Below, one piece after another: positions 1-9,325 of a DNA stretch of 62,432 bases. The notes beneath the pieces are model-generated. The model did not search any database, was not told where the DNA came from, and saw only the letters and a list, made by a program, of their open reading frames with translations. The translations under genes were made by a program, and so were the position numbers. The stretch comes from an uncultured virus (IMG/VR IMGVR_UViG_3300028797_000119). Taxonomy: Duplodnaviria > Heunggongvirae > Uroviricota > Caudoviricetes. Within the stretch, counting starts at the first letter, position 1. Every line of letters starts with the position of its first letter. Location: the IMG/VR virus record IMGVR_UViG_3300028797_000119, one strand, 5' to 3'.

Positions 1-192
1 AATCCATACGATCTTGTAGGTGATTCGAGTGGCTCGGTACTTCACCTCGACGCGGACTTTCTCGACGTTCAAGGCGAACCGCTTGTTAATGGGGTATTCG
101 ACGGCGTATTCCTTGTTCGTGGAATCGTCGCTTACTGGTTTCATGCCGCAGTCGAAGGCGGCAAGCTTGAATTTTTCTTCAAAGGCGGACAT
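1..192 (-). CDS. hypothetical protein (5' part; runs off window)
   Basis: ATG at 192 after AGGAAG; open frame MSAFEEKFKLAAFDCG... to window edge. Confidence 0.55.
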   Translation of the reverse strand, partial: MSAFEEKFKLAAFDCGMKPVSDDSTNKEYAVEYPINKRFALNVEKVRVEVKYRATRITYKIVWI

Positions 193-281
193 ATTATCTT
201 CCTGTTATGCGTTTCTTGGTTGGTTTGACAATCTTGGTGCTGTTCTTACTCATTATCGTTCCTTTTCGTCGAAATGTAAAA

Positions 282-977
282 TTAAACCACAAAATTTTTC
301 ACAAGGTTCTTGGTTTCAGTCGTCGTGAGCTTGAAACCCCTGAGCTTCGGCCAAATCGAACGGCCACGACGCTGTACGCCCACCTTCTTGGCCGTGAAAG
401 TCAATTTACCGCCGTGCCAGTGAGAAACAATTCTCGTGTCGAGGTTGTAGTGGCAAATATTTTCGCAGCCGAAAAAAGGTCTGTGGTGGTTGATGGCGTC
501 GCCTTGGGTGCCGACCGTGTGGTCAATCTCGAACGACCCACATTCCCTAAAGTCCACTCCGCTCACTTGGATGACGACTGGGATGTTGGCCGTCGGCTGT
601 CCGGCGAGGATGCATCTGATGCGAACGTGGGTGTACAAGTCTTGTCCAGTGAACTGGTGGCCGTTCACCGTTTCTGTACGGTGCTTGTACATTTCCAGCG
701 TTTTCTTGTCGAGCTTTTCGCGGAGGTAGTCGGCGATTGTGTAGCCGATCCATTCCTTAAATTCGCGGTCGGATTCGAGACGGACGAGACGGCAAATGCG
801 CTGGGGCTTCTTTGTCCGTTTCAAGTTGTCGAGGACGCTCATACCGTTGTAGGTCGCCTCGATTTCGTCGAACTTCATTTCCAATATGCTCCGATAGAGC
901 TGGTCGGTGTCGTTTGCCACATAGCAGTAACGAACGCGGTTGCCTTTCTGTAGGCTGATAATTCCTCGTGTACCCAT
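282..977 (-). CDS. hypothetical protein, 231 aa
   Basis: ORF with AAGGAG RBS directly downstream of repeat copy 1. Confidence 0.75.
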   Translation of the reverse strand: MGTRGIISLQKGNRVRYCYVANDTDQLYRSILEMKFDEIEATYNGMSVLDNLKRTKKPQRICRLVRLESDREFKEWIGYTIADYLREKLDKKTLEMYKHRTETVNGHQFTGQDLYTHVRIRCILAGQPTANIPVVIQVSGVDFRECGSFEIDHTVGTQGDAINHHRPFFGCENICHYNLDTRIVSHWHGGKLTFTAKKVGVQRRGRSIWPKLRGFKLTTTETKNLVKNFVV

Positions 978-1035
978 TGGTTTGTCTCCTTTTGATATAG
1001 GGGTGATAGCCGGACCGGGGAAGCCCGGCCAGTCG

Positions 1036-1344
1036 CTAGAAGTTCACCTTGTAATCCTTGTGGCCTTTTTCGCCAAAGATCTTGATGCGGTCGATTTTCT
1101 TACGGTTGCCGCAGATGGAGGCAGCAATTTCTACGAGCTTGCTCTTGCTCTTCTTGCACTTGAAAGCGAGGTCGTCGTAGGTGTTGATGGTCTTGCACAC
1201 GCACTTCTTACCCGTGTAGATATCAATGCACACGATATCGAGGCGGTGATTCTGCAAGTGGCAGAGGATGTTCGCGACTTCGCGAACCTTGTCTGAACGG
1301 GTGCAGCTGATTTCTTCGTTCTTGAGATAGTTGGGGAATTTCAT
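1036..1344 (-). CDS. hypothetical protein (MKFPNY...)
   Basis: start reassigned to ATG 1344 following AAGGAG and repeat copy 2. Confidence 0.7.
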   Translation of the reverse strand: MKFPNYLKNEEISCTRSDKVREVANILCHLQNHRLDIVCIDIYTGKKCVCKTINTYDDLAFKCKKSKSKLVEIAASICGNRKKIDRIKIFGEKGHKDYKVNF

Positions 1345-1428
1345 CGTGGTCTCCTTGTGGTTGGTATAAAAAGTATAGACACGCTGGGGAAACCCGGACG
1401 ACCGGAGCGAGTGACTGTACAGAAATGA

Positions 1429-1457
1429 AATATAAGAACACGGTGAGCATTTGTCAA
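1429..1457 (-). promoter_or_regulatory. sigma70-type promoter TTGACA-N17-TATATT
   Basis: exact -35, 17 nt spacer and TATATT read on the minus strand. Confidence 0.75.
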
Positions 1458-1491
1458 TACCCACCGTGGGTTAAAAGTTAAATTTTACATT

Positions 1492-2043
1492 TTACTGCAC
1501 AAAGCGCGGTTTCAAGCCAGCGTCGTCCTGGATCTGGCGGTACAGTTCGGCGTACATTTTCTCGCCCATAGCGAAAATAAAGCCGTCATTACCGACGAGG
1601 CGGTTGAATTTCGTCCGTCCGAGCCTAACAGAGCGAAGGTTCTTAGGTTCGAACTTGATGGATTCGCCATTCGCTCGCAAGTGTCGGAGGATTTCGCCGA
1701 TGGCCTCACGGTTGGTCGTACGCTTCTCGTACATCACGATAACCGTCGTATCGCCGTACATATGGCTATCGACGACCGACGAGCCTTTGATGTTGATGTA
1801 GGTCATACGGTAGCCGAGGTCAACATTGAGCTTCTTTGGGTAGTCCAGACGGTACATTTGGATGGGCTTGGGGGTGGCAGCTTGCCAGTCCTTGATCAAT
1901 TCGGCCTGAATCTCGCCGTAGCACTTGGTCTGGTCGTTCTCGTCGAGGCCGTGGTGACGGGCGATGTTATCGACGACAGACTGGATAGCCTTGCCGACAC
2001 GCGTTTTGACGCCTTTCATATAGCGTGACAGTTCGTAGCTCAT
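1492..2043 (-). CDS. hypothetical protein, 183 aa
   Basis: ORF with AAGGAGTTAA RBS and repeat. Confidence 0.75.
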   Translation of the reverse strand: MSYELSRYMKGVKTRVGKAIQSVVDNIARHHGLDENDQTKCYGEIQAELIKDWQAATPKPIQMYRLDYPKKLNVDLGYRMTYINIKGSSVVDSHMYGDTTVIVMYEKRTTNREAIGEILRHLRANGESIKFEPKNLRSVRLGRTKFNRLVGNDGFIFAMGEKMYAELYRQIQDDAGLKPRFVQ

Positions 2044-2122
2044 TTTAACTCCTTGTGGTTGGTTTCTTCTTGTATAGGGAAGATAACCGGCTGGGGGAAA
2101 CCCAGACCGGTTCAGACAGTCC

Positions 2123-2515
2123 CTAGTGCGGATCGACCGCCGGTCTGCCGGCTCGTGCGAAGCTCACGTCGATTTCCCATACGTTGTACTGTTCAGCGAT
2201 AGGAACCGAGGCGTTCGGCGTGTGTTCCGGAACAAGCTTGCGCGTGGCAAAGAGGCTGATTTCGGCTCCGTACACCCACTTGTCGCCGTACTTCACGACC
2301 ACCGTGCAACCGAGGTGGTAAAGCTTCTCGCCGGATTCCGTACAGCCGTAGCAAGGAAGATGGACGATGGAATGGGCGTACACCTCGCACTTGTTGTGCC
2401 GTGTGTAGTATTCAGTCGCGGCCTTCTGAATATCGGCGTGGATTTCCTCCGTCGTCATGCTCAACGGATTCTCTTCATCGAGAGATGCGATTTCGGCTCG
2501 TAATTGTTCAAGCAT
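2123..2515 (-). CDS. hypothetical protein, 130 aa
   Basis: ORF with RBS and repeat. Confidence 0.75.
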   Translation of the reverse strand: MLEQLRAEIASLDEENPLSMTTEEIHADIQKAATEYYTRHNKCEVYAHSIVHLPCYGCTESGEKLYHLGCTVVVKYGDKWVYGAEISLFATRKLVPEHTPNASVPIAEQYNVWEIDVSFARAGRPAVDPH

Positions 2516-2604
2516 TTTCTAACTCCTTTTCTGATATAAGAAAAATAACCGGTTAAGGGAAACCCGGTCCAGGCCGGTCAGTGTTCCCAAAGTGTTCCCA
2601 AGAT

Positions 2605-2638
2605 AAAAGAGGCTGCCGTGGACGGCAACCCCCTTTTT
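2605..2638. terminator. intrinsic terminator (possibly bidirectional)
   Basis: AAAAGAGGCTGCCGTGGACGGCAACCCCCTTTTT hairpin flanked by A and T tracts. Confidence 0.6.
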
Positions 2639-2643
2639 AAAAT

Positions 2644-3204
2644 TTATTCGATGAAAATATCGGCGGTGAGCAAGAAATTCACTGGGATATTGTCGTGATG
2701 GAAGGAAAGACGCTTCTTGCTCTTCGGCAAAGTACCCCAGAAGATAAATTCATCGCCGACCTTGAACTTGTACGGGCCAGCTTGGAACTCGTGCTTGACT
2801 GGGTAACGCTTGCCCACGACGAGGCTCTGGGCGAAGGCTGCCAGCTTGTCCTTCTGAGCCTTGGCCTCGGCTGCCTTCTTGTCGCAGTAGTCGAGCCATT
2901 CCTTGAGGTCGTCTGACGGAGTGAGGCCACGGGCGGCGTATTCCTTCTTGAGCCAGCGAGCGACGCTCTGATTGATCACGCTCGGACAAGACGACGCGCT
3001 GATGGCCTTGTACCAAACATACCCTTCCTTGTCCTTGTGCATCAAGAGCACGTCGGCGCACGGCTTATTGGTTTCCTTGACGATGAACTTGACCCAAGCA
3101 CCGGTCGTTCCGACGACTTCGGCCGGCGTAGTTGGGGTTGATCGAATTAACATAAGATTCGACCTGTTCCTTGGTAGTACGGCAATATTCGCAGCAGTAA
3201 CCCA
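2644..3204 (-). pseudogene. hypothetical gene with apparent 1-nt frameshift near 3121-3130
   Basis: RBS-linked ATG at 3204 (MGYCCEYCRTT...NPNYA) stops after 46 codons; the long frame (...AEVVGTTGAWVKF...) continues in the adjacent frame. Confidence 0.55.
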
Positions 3205-3282
3205 TTTTAACTCCTTGTGGTTGGTTGTTTCTTGTATAGAAGAAATAACCGGTCCGGGGAAACCCGGACCAGTCGAGCCAGT

Positions 3283-3681
3283 TTAACGGTCGAGCATTTC
3301 CGCCACGCTTTCTTGGAGCTTGTCGTAGCTTGTCCAGTTGTTCGGACCGCCTCGGTAGTCCTTTTCGCTTTCTGCCGTTCGGTAGTACATTTGGCCATAC
3401 CAGTCGTTCCAGCGAGCATCATCGCAGTGAACATAGACGTACTTGCCGTTCTTGCCGAAGAACGCAGACCAGTCGAAGTGGTTGGGTTCGAACTTGAGCG
3501 TAGCACCGATGGCCTTTGCCATCGCCTTGAGTTCCTTGCGGACGATGGGGATGAAGTATTTGCGGAAGAAGTTCGCGTGGGTATAGTCGCCCCAGTATTT
3601 TTCCGGAACATCGCAGTTCTCGAAGTCGTAGTCCTTGAAGGCAGCCACGGTCTTTTCGGTAGGGATTACACAACTTTTCAT
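3283..3681 (-). CDS. hypothetical protein, 132 aa
   Basis: ORF with RBS and repeat. Confidence 0.75.
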   Translation of the reverse strand: MKSCVIPTEKTVAAFKDYDFENCDVPEKYWGDYTHANFFRKYFIPIVRKELKAMAKAIGATLKFEPNHFDWSAFFGKNGKYVYVHCDDARWNDWYGQMYYRTAESEKDYRGGPNNWTSYDKLQESVAEMLDR

Positions 3682-3762
3682 TTTTAACTCCTTGTGGTTG
3701 GTTCTTTCTTGTATAGAAGAAATAGCCGGTCTGGGGACACCCGGAGACCGGCGAACATTCGG

Positions 3763-4179
3763 CTAGGCGTAAACCGGCTCTCCGAACAGACAGCACTGGA
3801 TGAACACATTGTCCGCGATGGAGTCGCCGTTGCCGTTCAGATAGTCGGCGAACGATTCCTTTGCGTTCTCGATGAACCCATCCACGCCACGTTCCAAGGC
3901 GGCCAGATCGAGCGTGTACGGCGTGTTATCGTCGTCTTCTACATCGTAGAAGGTCAGCTTTCCACCACGGTACACGATGCTTTCCAGCACTTCCTCGTAG
4001 GTGATTTCGTACGGCTTACCCTCGTTGTCGTGCTGGATGATGAGAGCTGCCTTGGCGTTCTTGTAGTCTTCGTCGCTGTATTCATAGCGCAGTACGCCCG
4101 GATTGCTGCCGAACCCGCTCAGAATGTCCAACAAGGACGTTTCGCAGAGGGAACAGAATTTCTGAAAGTCGATATTCAT
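3763..4179 (-). CDS. hypothetical acidic protein, 138 aa
   Basis: ORF with RBS and repeat. Confidence 0.75.
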   Translation of the reverse strand: MNIDFQKFCSLCETSLLDILSGFGSNPGVLRYEYSDEDYKNAKAALIIQHDNEGKPYEITYEEVLESIVYRGGKLTFYDVEDDDNTPYTLDLAALERGVDGFIENAKESFADYLNGNGDSIADNVFIQCCLFGEPVYA

Positions 4180-4250
4180 CTTTAACTCCTTTGTTTCTTG
4201 TATAGAAGAAATAACCGGGCTGGGGACACCCGGTTATTCCAAGCCAGTCG

Positions 4251-4391
4251 CTACGGAAGAACGACCACTATCTTTTTCTTCGGGTCGATGCTGTCCACCA
4301 CCCTTATATCGTCTCGTTTCTGCAATTCGTCAAGCGTACAGCCGAACTTCTTGCGGATTTCTGCCTTTGTCAAGGGAAACGCCCAAGCCAT
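4251..4391 (-). CDS. small hypothetical protein, 46 aa (MAWAFPLTKAEIRKKFG...)
   Basis: AGGAGG RBS; fills the gap between neighbouring genes; not in ORF track. Confidence 0.6.
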   Translation of the reverse strand: MAWAFPLTKAEIRKKFGCTLDELQKRDDIRVVDSIDPKKKIVVVLP

Positions 4392-4411
4392 AAAAACCTC
4401 CTTTTTGAAAA

Positions 4412-4948
4412 TTATTTTACCCATTCAGAAGCTCGGTTCCAGCCGTTATCGCCAACTTTGTTAATCGGCTGGTCAAGGGTGAACCCTATCAGACCGAGGA
4501 TAGAAGTGGCAGCCACATCGCCAGCGAACTGGATGACTTCTTGGAGCTTGGGGTCGTCGAGGCCAGTGATGTTCTCAAGCTTCTCGTCACGACCGCAAAA
4601 GACTTCCAGTCCGTACTGCCAGCAGTCGTATTCGTCAACCTTGCTCGGCTTGATTCCGCTCGTGTCGGCAACGCTCTTCTTTATCTTCTTGCCCAGCGTT
4701 TTCACATCAGGAACGAGGAAGAGGAAGACATTGAAGTCGCCGTCCTTTGTGTCAACCGAGGGAGAACACGCTTGGACATCCTTGACCCACACGCCAAGCT
4801 TGACCTTGCACTTCTTGCCGCCGTCCAGTTCGATTTCCGTCGTCTTCTTGCTCACGAAAATCCATTCCTCGTCGCCGGTGTCGTGACGGTCGAGAGTCTT
4901 TTCGATGGGTTCCAGTTCCTTTGCGCTTTCAATTCCGAAGTATTTCAT
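4412..4948 (-). CDS. hypothetical protein, 178 aa
   Basis: ORF with RBS and repeat. Confidence 0.75.
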   Translation of the reverse strand: MKYFGIESAKELEPIEKTLDRHDTGDEEWIFVSKKTTEIELDGGKKCKVKLGVWVKDVQACSPSVDTKDGDFNVFLFLVPDVKTLGKKIKKSVADTSGIKPSKVDEYDCWQYGLEVFCGRDEKLENITGLDDPKLQEVIQFAGDVAATSILGLIGFTLDQPINKVGDNGWNRASEWVK

Positions 4949-5018
4949 CTTAGCTCCTTTGTTTCTTGTATAGTGGAAATAACCGGTCTGGGGACGCCCG
5001 GACCGGTCCAGACAGTTC

Positions 5019-5312
5019 CTACTTTGCGACCCAGTTTACTTTGCCGTTGCTGAACGCGACAATGTAGAAGTCGGAATTATTAGTTTCCCATCCGTTTGCA
5101 CCCTTTAGAAGCGACCGCAAATCGTTGATGCTTTCGCAATAGTAGAAAATATCTTCGTCGTTACAATCGGTTTCGGACAATCCCACCGCGATAGCAGTTT
5201 CAAGTGTGCTTTGGTCGTCCTTATAGACAATCGTAACATCAATGATTTCGTCACCGATTTCAGCAAGTGCGCATTCGGTTTCGGTGTCCATAGGTTGGTT
5301 CATATCTACCAT
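5019..5312 (-). CDS. hypothetical acidic protein, 97 aa
   Basis: ORF with RBS and repeat. Confidence 0.7.
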   Translation of the reverse strand: MVDMNQPMDTETECALAEIGDEIIDVTIVYKDDQSTLETAIAVGLSETDCNDEDIFYYCESINDLRSLLKGANGWETNNSDFYIVAFSNGKVNWVAK

Positions 5313-5383
5313 GATTGGCTCCTTTGGTTGTGTAATGTATAGGATAACTGGACTGGGGAAGCCCAGTCCGGTCCGTACAGTTA

Positions 5384-5674
5384 CTAGACTTCCAGCGGTT
5401 CACCCTCGAACTTGCTGACCAGTTCCACATACTGTTCGTTGCAATGACGGCACGACACGTGGAACGAATCCATGTTCAGCGGATTATAGACCGTGTAGCG
5501 ACCCCATTTACCGAAGTGGACGGTGGAAACATAATCGCCACGCTTTTCGGCTTCGTCATGAAGCTTTACCATATGCTTTGCAGCGGTCAATCGGCTGGAA
5601 AATGCATAGATATTCTTAAATGTTTCCTTACCGTATTGTTTGCGGATTACATAAAAGATACGTTTCTTTGCCAT
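5384..5674 (-). CDS. hypothetical protein, 96 aa
   Basis: ORF with RBS and repeat. Confidence 0.7.
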   Translation of the reverse strand: MAKKRIFYVIRKQYGKETFKNIYAFSSRLTAAKHMVKLHDEAEKRGDYVSTVHFGKWGRYTVYNPLNMDSFHVSCRHCNEQYVELVSKFEGEPLEV

Positions 5675-5742
5675 ATTAACTCCTTTTCTGTATATATCGG
5701 ATAACCGGTCTGGGGAAGTCCGGACCGGTCTGGAAAGTTCCG

Positions 5743-6150
5743 CTAGACAACTTCGGCGGTATCGTCGTTCGGAGTGCGTTCTTGCGCCTTGTGGAAGATA
5801 CCGCAGTAGATGTCGTCAGAGCCACGAACAACTACGGAAGCGGACTTCAGACAGCCATACACCGCCTTGATTTCATCGTGAGTACGGAGTTTAAGCGTGT
5901 CTGGGTTTTCTTTATCCACATTACCCCATCCCATTTCGCCATCTTCCTTTTGGAATATCGTTTCGCCGTTCAATTCGACTTTGTAGATGTTATACGCTTC
6001 AAGGTCGCTTTGCATACGCTCCCAAATCGTAGCGGACGCCGATTCTACTGGGTCTTTGCCGTTCTCGTCAGAATAGAGACGAGTGCCAAAAAGCGTGTTC
6101 TCGTAAAGAGAGTCGCGAGTGTCGTTCGAGGTTAATACTACGAATTTCAT
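5743..6150 (-). CDS. hypothetical acidic protein, 135 aa
   Basis: ORF with RBS and repeat. Confidence 0.7.
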   Translation of the reverse strand: MKFVVLTSNDTRDSLYENTLFGTRLYSDENGKDPVESASATIWERMQSDLEAYNIYKVELNGETIFQKEDGEMGWGNVDKENPDTLKLRTHDEIKAVYGCLKSASVVVRGSDDIYCGIFHKAQERTPNDDTAEVV

Positions 6151-6219
6151 ATCTGTCTCCTATTGGTTGTTTCTTGTATAGGAGCGATATCCAGTCCGGG
6201 GAGACCCGGACCGGTCTGG

Positions 6220-6507
6220 TCATTCCTCGACGAACTTGGTGTGAGGGTAATGATCGGTAATGAATTTCTTGATTTCCTCTAGCTCGGCTTCGGTGATTCC
6301 GATTTCCTTGATGTTTCCGAACCAATTACATTCACCGTTCACGCATTCGCACACGGTTCCGATATTGTGACGACTGAAAAAAATACTAAACCACTGGTCG
6401 TAACCGCCACGGTTGCACTGCCAATAGCCAAATACCGCGTGTTTACCGTCTTTGCAGAAACGCGAAAACATTTGTTTGAACTGTGTGACAAGTTTCATCT
6501 GTGCCAT
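6220..6507 (-). CDS. hypothetical protein (MAQMKLVTQF...)
   Basis: start reassigned to ATG 6507 after AAGGAG. Confidence 0.65.
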   Translation of the reverse strand: MAQMKLVTQFKQMFSRFCKDGKHAVFGYWQCNRGGYDQWFSIFFSRHNIGTVCECVNGECNWFGNIKEIGITEAELEEIKKFITDHYPHTKFVEE

Positions 6508-6577
6508 AAAAAGCTCCTTTAAAGAAAAGAAAATGGGTGAGGCGGCAACCCAACCGCCCCACCCCACGAGGCGGAGG

Positions 6578-6994
6578 CTACATCCAGTCCTCGTTGTGCA
6601 TTTTGCGGAGTTCGCCGAGCGTCTTCTTGAACGGTTCCACCATGATGTCACGTTCCAGCGGAAGTCCGTACGGAGGGAAGCGGAGTCCGAACAGTTCCTT
6701 GAGGGAGGTGCCGCCGAGTTCGAGACCGTAGCCGAGCGACTGGGCGCAATACACAACCATGTTTTCGTCGATGTTCGATTCGTCGATACTGGTCGGAACC
6801 GTCTTGCCAGTCTTCTCGTCGGTCTTGTATTCCTTAAAGAAGCTGTCGTCTTCGAGGACATAGCAGACAAACGCAGCGCCGCCGAAGTAACGAGCGATTA
6901 CCTTCTTGTTGTCGCGGTCGACGCCGTCTTCAGAACCGTATGGGGTCTTTGCGATAGCTTCGATGATGGGCTTGGTGAGCATTTTCTGTGCCAT
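6578..6994 (-). CDS. DUF2958-like protein
   Basis: VIARYF...LGYGLELG..SL.EL...GLPLERD pattern recalled from DUF2958; ATG 6994 after RBS. Confidence 0.55.
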   Translation of the reverse strand: MAQKMLTKPIIEAIAKTPYGSEDGVDRDNKKVIARYFGGAAFVCYVLEDDSFFKEYKTDEKTGKTVPTSIDESNIDENMVVYCAQSLGYGLELGGTSLKELFGLRFPPYGLPLERDIMVEPFKKTLGELRKMHNEDWM

Positions 6995-7083
6995 AGGTCT
7001 TAACTCCTTTTGAGTGGTTGGTTGTTTCTTGTATAGGATAGATAGCCGGACCAGGGAGACCCGGCCACCATCAGACAGTTCGA

Positions 7084-7416
7084 CTACACCAGAGTGCATC
7101 CCGGAGTCGGTTTCAGACGGCTCTCGGTGATACGGTAGACGGTGTCGAGCGCACAGTTACGGCCATAGCAACCGTAGATTTTCCACACATAGTAGCCAGC
7201 TTTCTTAATCTGGCCGATGGCTTCCTTGAGAGCTTCGTCATTGTAGTCTGACGCATACAGTTCCACCCACTTGTCGGCACACCCAGCTGGCGTATTGCCT
7301 ACCCAGCCTTTCGTATTGAACAAGAGACGGCTGTTGAACTGCGTCACGATTCGTTTGACTTCGGCCTTGAGAAGCTTTTTAGTCTTGTCTGCCGTGTTTT
7401 TGATAACCTTTACCAT
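7084..7416 (-). CDS. hypothetical protein, 110 aa
   Basis: ORF with RBS and repeat. Confidence 0.7.
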   Translation of the reverse strand: MVKVIKNTADKTKKLLKAEVKRIVTQFNSRLLFNTKGWVGNTPAGCADKWVELYASDYNDEALKEAIGQIKKAGYYVWKIYGCYGRNCALDTVYRITESRLKPTPGCTLV

Positions 7417-7500
7417 ATTAACTCCTTTTCTTGTATAAAAAGAATAACCGGGCTGGGGATGCCCGGATTTATCCAGCCAGTGAACTAATTAACGAAATCG

Positions 7501-7526
7501 AATAAAAGGGGCGAACCCCTTATTTT
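7501..7526. terminator. intrinsic terminator
   Basis: AATAAAAGGGGCGAACCCCTTATTTT hairpin after the radC stop. Confidence 0.6.
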
Positions 7527-8118
7527 AATGTTTCATTGTACTTTCAAAAATTTCCGGATTTGAACGGCATATAGAATAACAACCGCTTCTTGATACTATT
7601 ACATGGTCTAGTAGGTTAATTTGCATTATTCGACAAGCGGCTGCCAAAACCCTAGTAATACTCATATCTTCGGGTGATGGGCTAATATTTCCGCTTGGGT
7701 GATTATGACAAAGCGCAATGCTTATTGCATTATCCATAACGGCATGGCGGAGCACTTCTCTAGGGTGGAACGGCGTTTGGTTGGCAAGACCCTTACTAAC
7801 CTCATGACACCCTATTTCATGGTTCGCCGAGTCAAGGGTAAGCACACAGAGGTGTTCTTGATTCTCGTATTTGAGGTGACAGAAACGTCTGGCAATATCG
7901 TCCGGGTCACTGAACGTCGTCGCGCTGGTACCGACCATGTAGGTCGCCGACAATTCCATGCACGCGAGAACCTTGTTAGCGGTCGCTTCGCCGATGCCTT
8001 TAATCTTGGTAAGCTCGCCGACCGTGGGTATTGTCTGGCGGCTTTCCAAATATTGGCATACATCATACGCAACGGTTTCGTCGCCCAGTATTGTTGTCAT
8101 AAGCTTGTAAGTATTCAT
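7525..8118 (-). CDS. radC: RadC-like JAB/MPN domain protein with HhH motif
   Basis: KIKGIGEATA HhH; E...HPREV...HNHPSG..SPS.ED...LLDHVIV JAB motif. Confidence 0.9.
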   Translation of the reverse strand: MNTYKLMTTILGDETVAYDVCQYLESRQTIPTVGELTKIKGIGEATANKVLACMELSATYMVGTSATTFSDPDDIARRFCHLKYENQEHLCVLTLDSANHEIGCHEVSKGLANQTPFHPREVLRHAVMDNAISIALCHNHPSGNISPSPEDMSITRVLAAACRIMQINLLDHVIVSRSGCYSICRSNPEIFESTMKH

Positions 8119-8180
8119 CTTAACTCCTTTGTTGTTTCTTGTATAAGAAGAATAACCGGGCTGGGGACGCCCGGTCGATC

Positions 8181-8468
8181 TTAGCCAGTCTTCTTACCGT
8201 AGAGCGGTATCACATCGCTATAAAGCGGAGCAAGGCCAGCCGAAGTGCGTATCTCGTCTATCTTTATGTTGATATCCTGGACTTGCCCCATCATAAGATT
8301 TATGGTGTCCGTAAGGTGGTTAAAAATTATTGTGTGATACTTGTCGGTTCCGTAAAAAGAAACCACCTTGTCGCGTGTTTCCTTGAGTTCGATGACTCGG
8401 TTCACAATTTTCGTCTTGTTTAAAACTAAAGTCGTGACCATTTCAGATTGAAATTTATTCATAGCCAT
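8181..8468 (-). CDS. hypothetical protein
   Basis: ATG 8468 after AAGGA; downstream of terminator 8481-8512. Confidence 0.6.
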   Translation of the reverse strand: MAMNKFQSEMVTTLVLNKTKIVNRVIELKETRDKVVSFYGTDKYHTIIFNHLTDTINLMMGQVQDINIKIDEIRTSAGLAPLYSDVIPLYGKKTG

Positions 8469-8480
8469 AGTAAAATCCTT

Positions 8481-8512
8481 TAAAAAAAGGGGGAGTGTCG
8501 CCACTCCCCCTA
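8481..8512 (-). terminator. intrinsic terminator
   Basis: GGGGGAGTGGCGACACTCCCCCTTTTTT on minus. Confidence 0.75.
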
Positions 8513-8529
8513 AGTGGAGTTAAGAAAAT

Positions 8530-9177
8530 TTATTCCATATCGGCTGCGGAATATTCTTGGAACATCAGCACACCGCCTTCAGTATCACATTCGTCATACT
8601 TGTGGTTCAAAATTCTTTCCTTGGCCTCGCCCGTGGTGATTCGGTGGGAACTTGCTCCCTTGAAAGCAAATCCATAGCGGTAGCCACACGGCTTGCCTTC
8701 GTTAATCCATTTCACCTTGTCAACCATAGTGGTATTGTGGGTGGAATGGCAGAAGGAAGTTTTTCCGGGTGCCTTGAAGAACTGCACAACCACGGAACCA
8801 TCGTCGCAAGTCTTAGTCTTGATGTAGTAGCCGTCGGACGGAGCCGTTTCAACCGTGGGCGACTTGGTGACGATGGCCTTGACACTCCACAGAGCTTCAA
8901 TCGGATTCTCCATTGCGGTGCCGTTCGCCCAAGCCAAGCCGAGCTTGGTGCCTTCGAGCGTGACCTTGGGGGTGGCGAACAGATAGGCTTTCTTGCCGCT
9001 CTTGAGCAAGTCGGCGAACACCTTGAGTTCGGCCACGGTCGGTTCCTTGAGCGGTTCGGCCTTGGGAACCGCCTTTGCAGCTGCCTTAGCTGCCGCCTTT
9101 TCGGCTGCCTTGGCGACCATATTCTGACGCTTGGTGAGCGTCTTCTTGTTAGCCGTAGTAAGCGTTACCATTCCCAT
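8530..9177 (-). CDS. hypothetical protein, Ala/Lys-rich N-terminus, 215 aa
   Basis: ORF with RBS and repeat. Confidence 0.75.
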   Translation of the reverse strand: MGMVTLTTANKKTLTKRQNMVAKAAEKAAAKAAAKAVPKAEPLKEPTVAELKVFADLLKSGKKAYLFATPKVTLEGTKLGLAWANGTAMENPIEALWSVKAIVTKSPTVETAPSDGYYIKTKTCDDGSVVVQFFKAPGKTSFCHSTHNTTMVDKVKWINEGKPCGYRYGFAFKGASSHRITTGEAKERILNHKYDECDTEGGVLMFQEYSAADME

Positions 9178-9325
9178 ATCTTAACTCCTTTGTAATGGGT
9201 GATTCGTTTCTTGTATAGGGTAGATACTCGGTAGGGGGAAACCCGGTCCGGTCCAGTAAGTCCGCAGTGGATTTCCATCAACAAAAAGGGTGGCCCCATC
9301 GGTTTGGGAACCAACCCTAGCGGAG

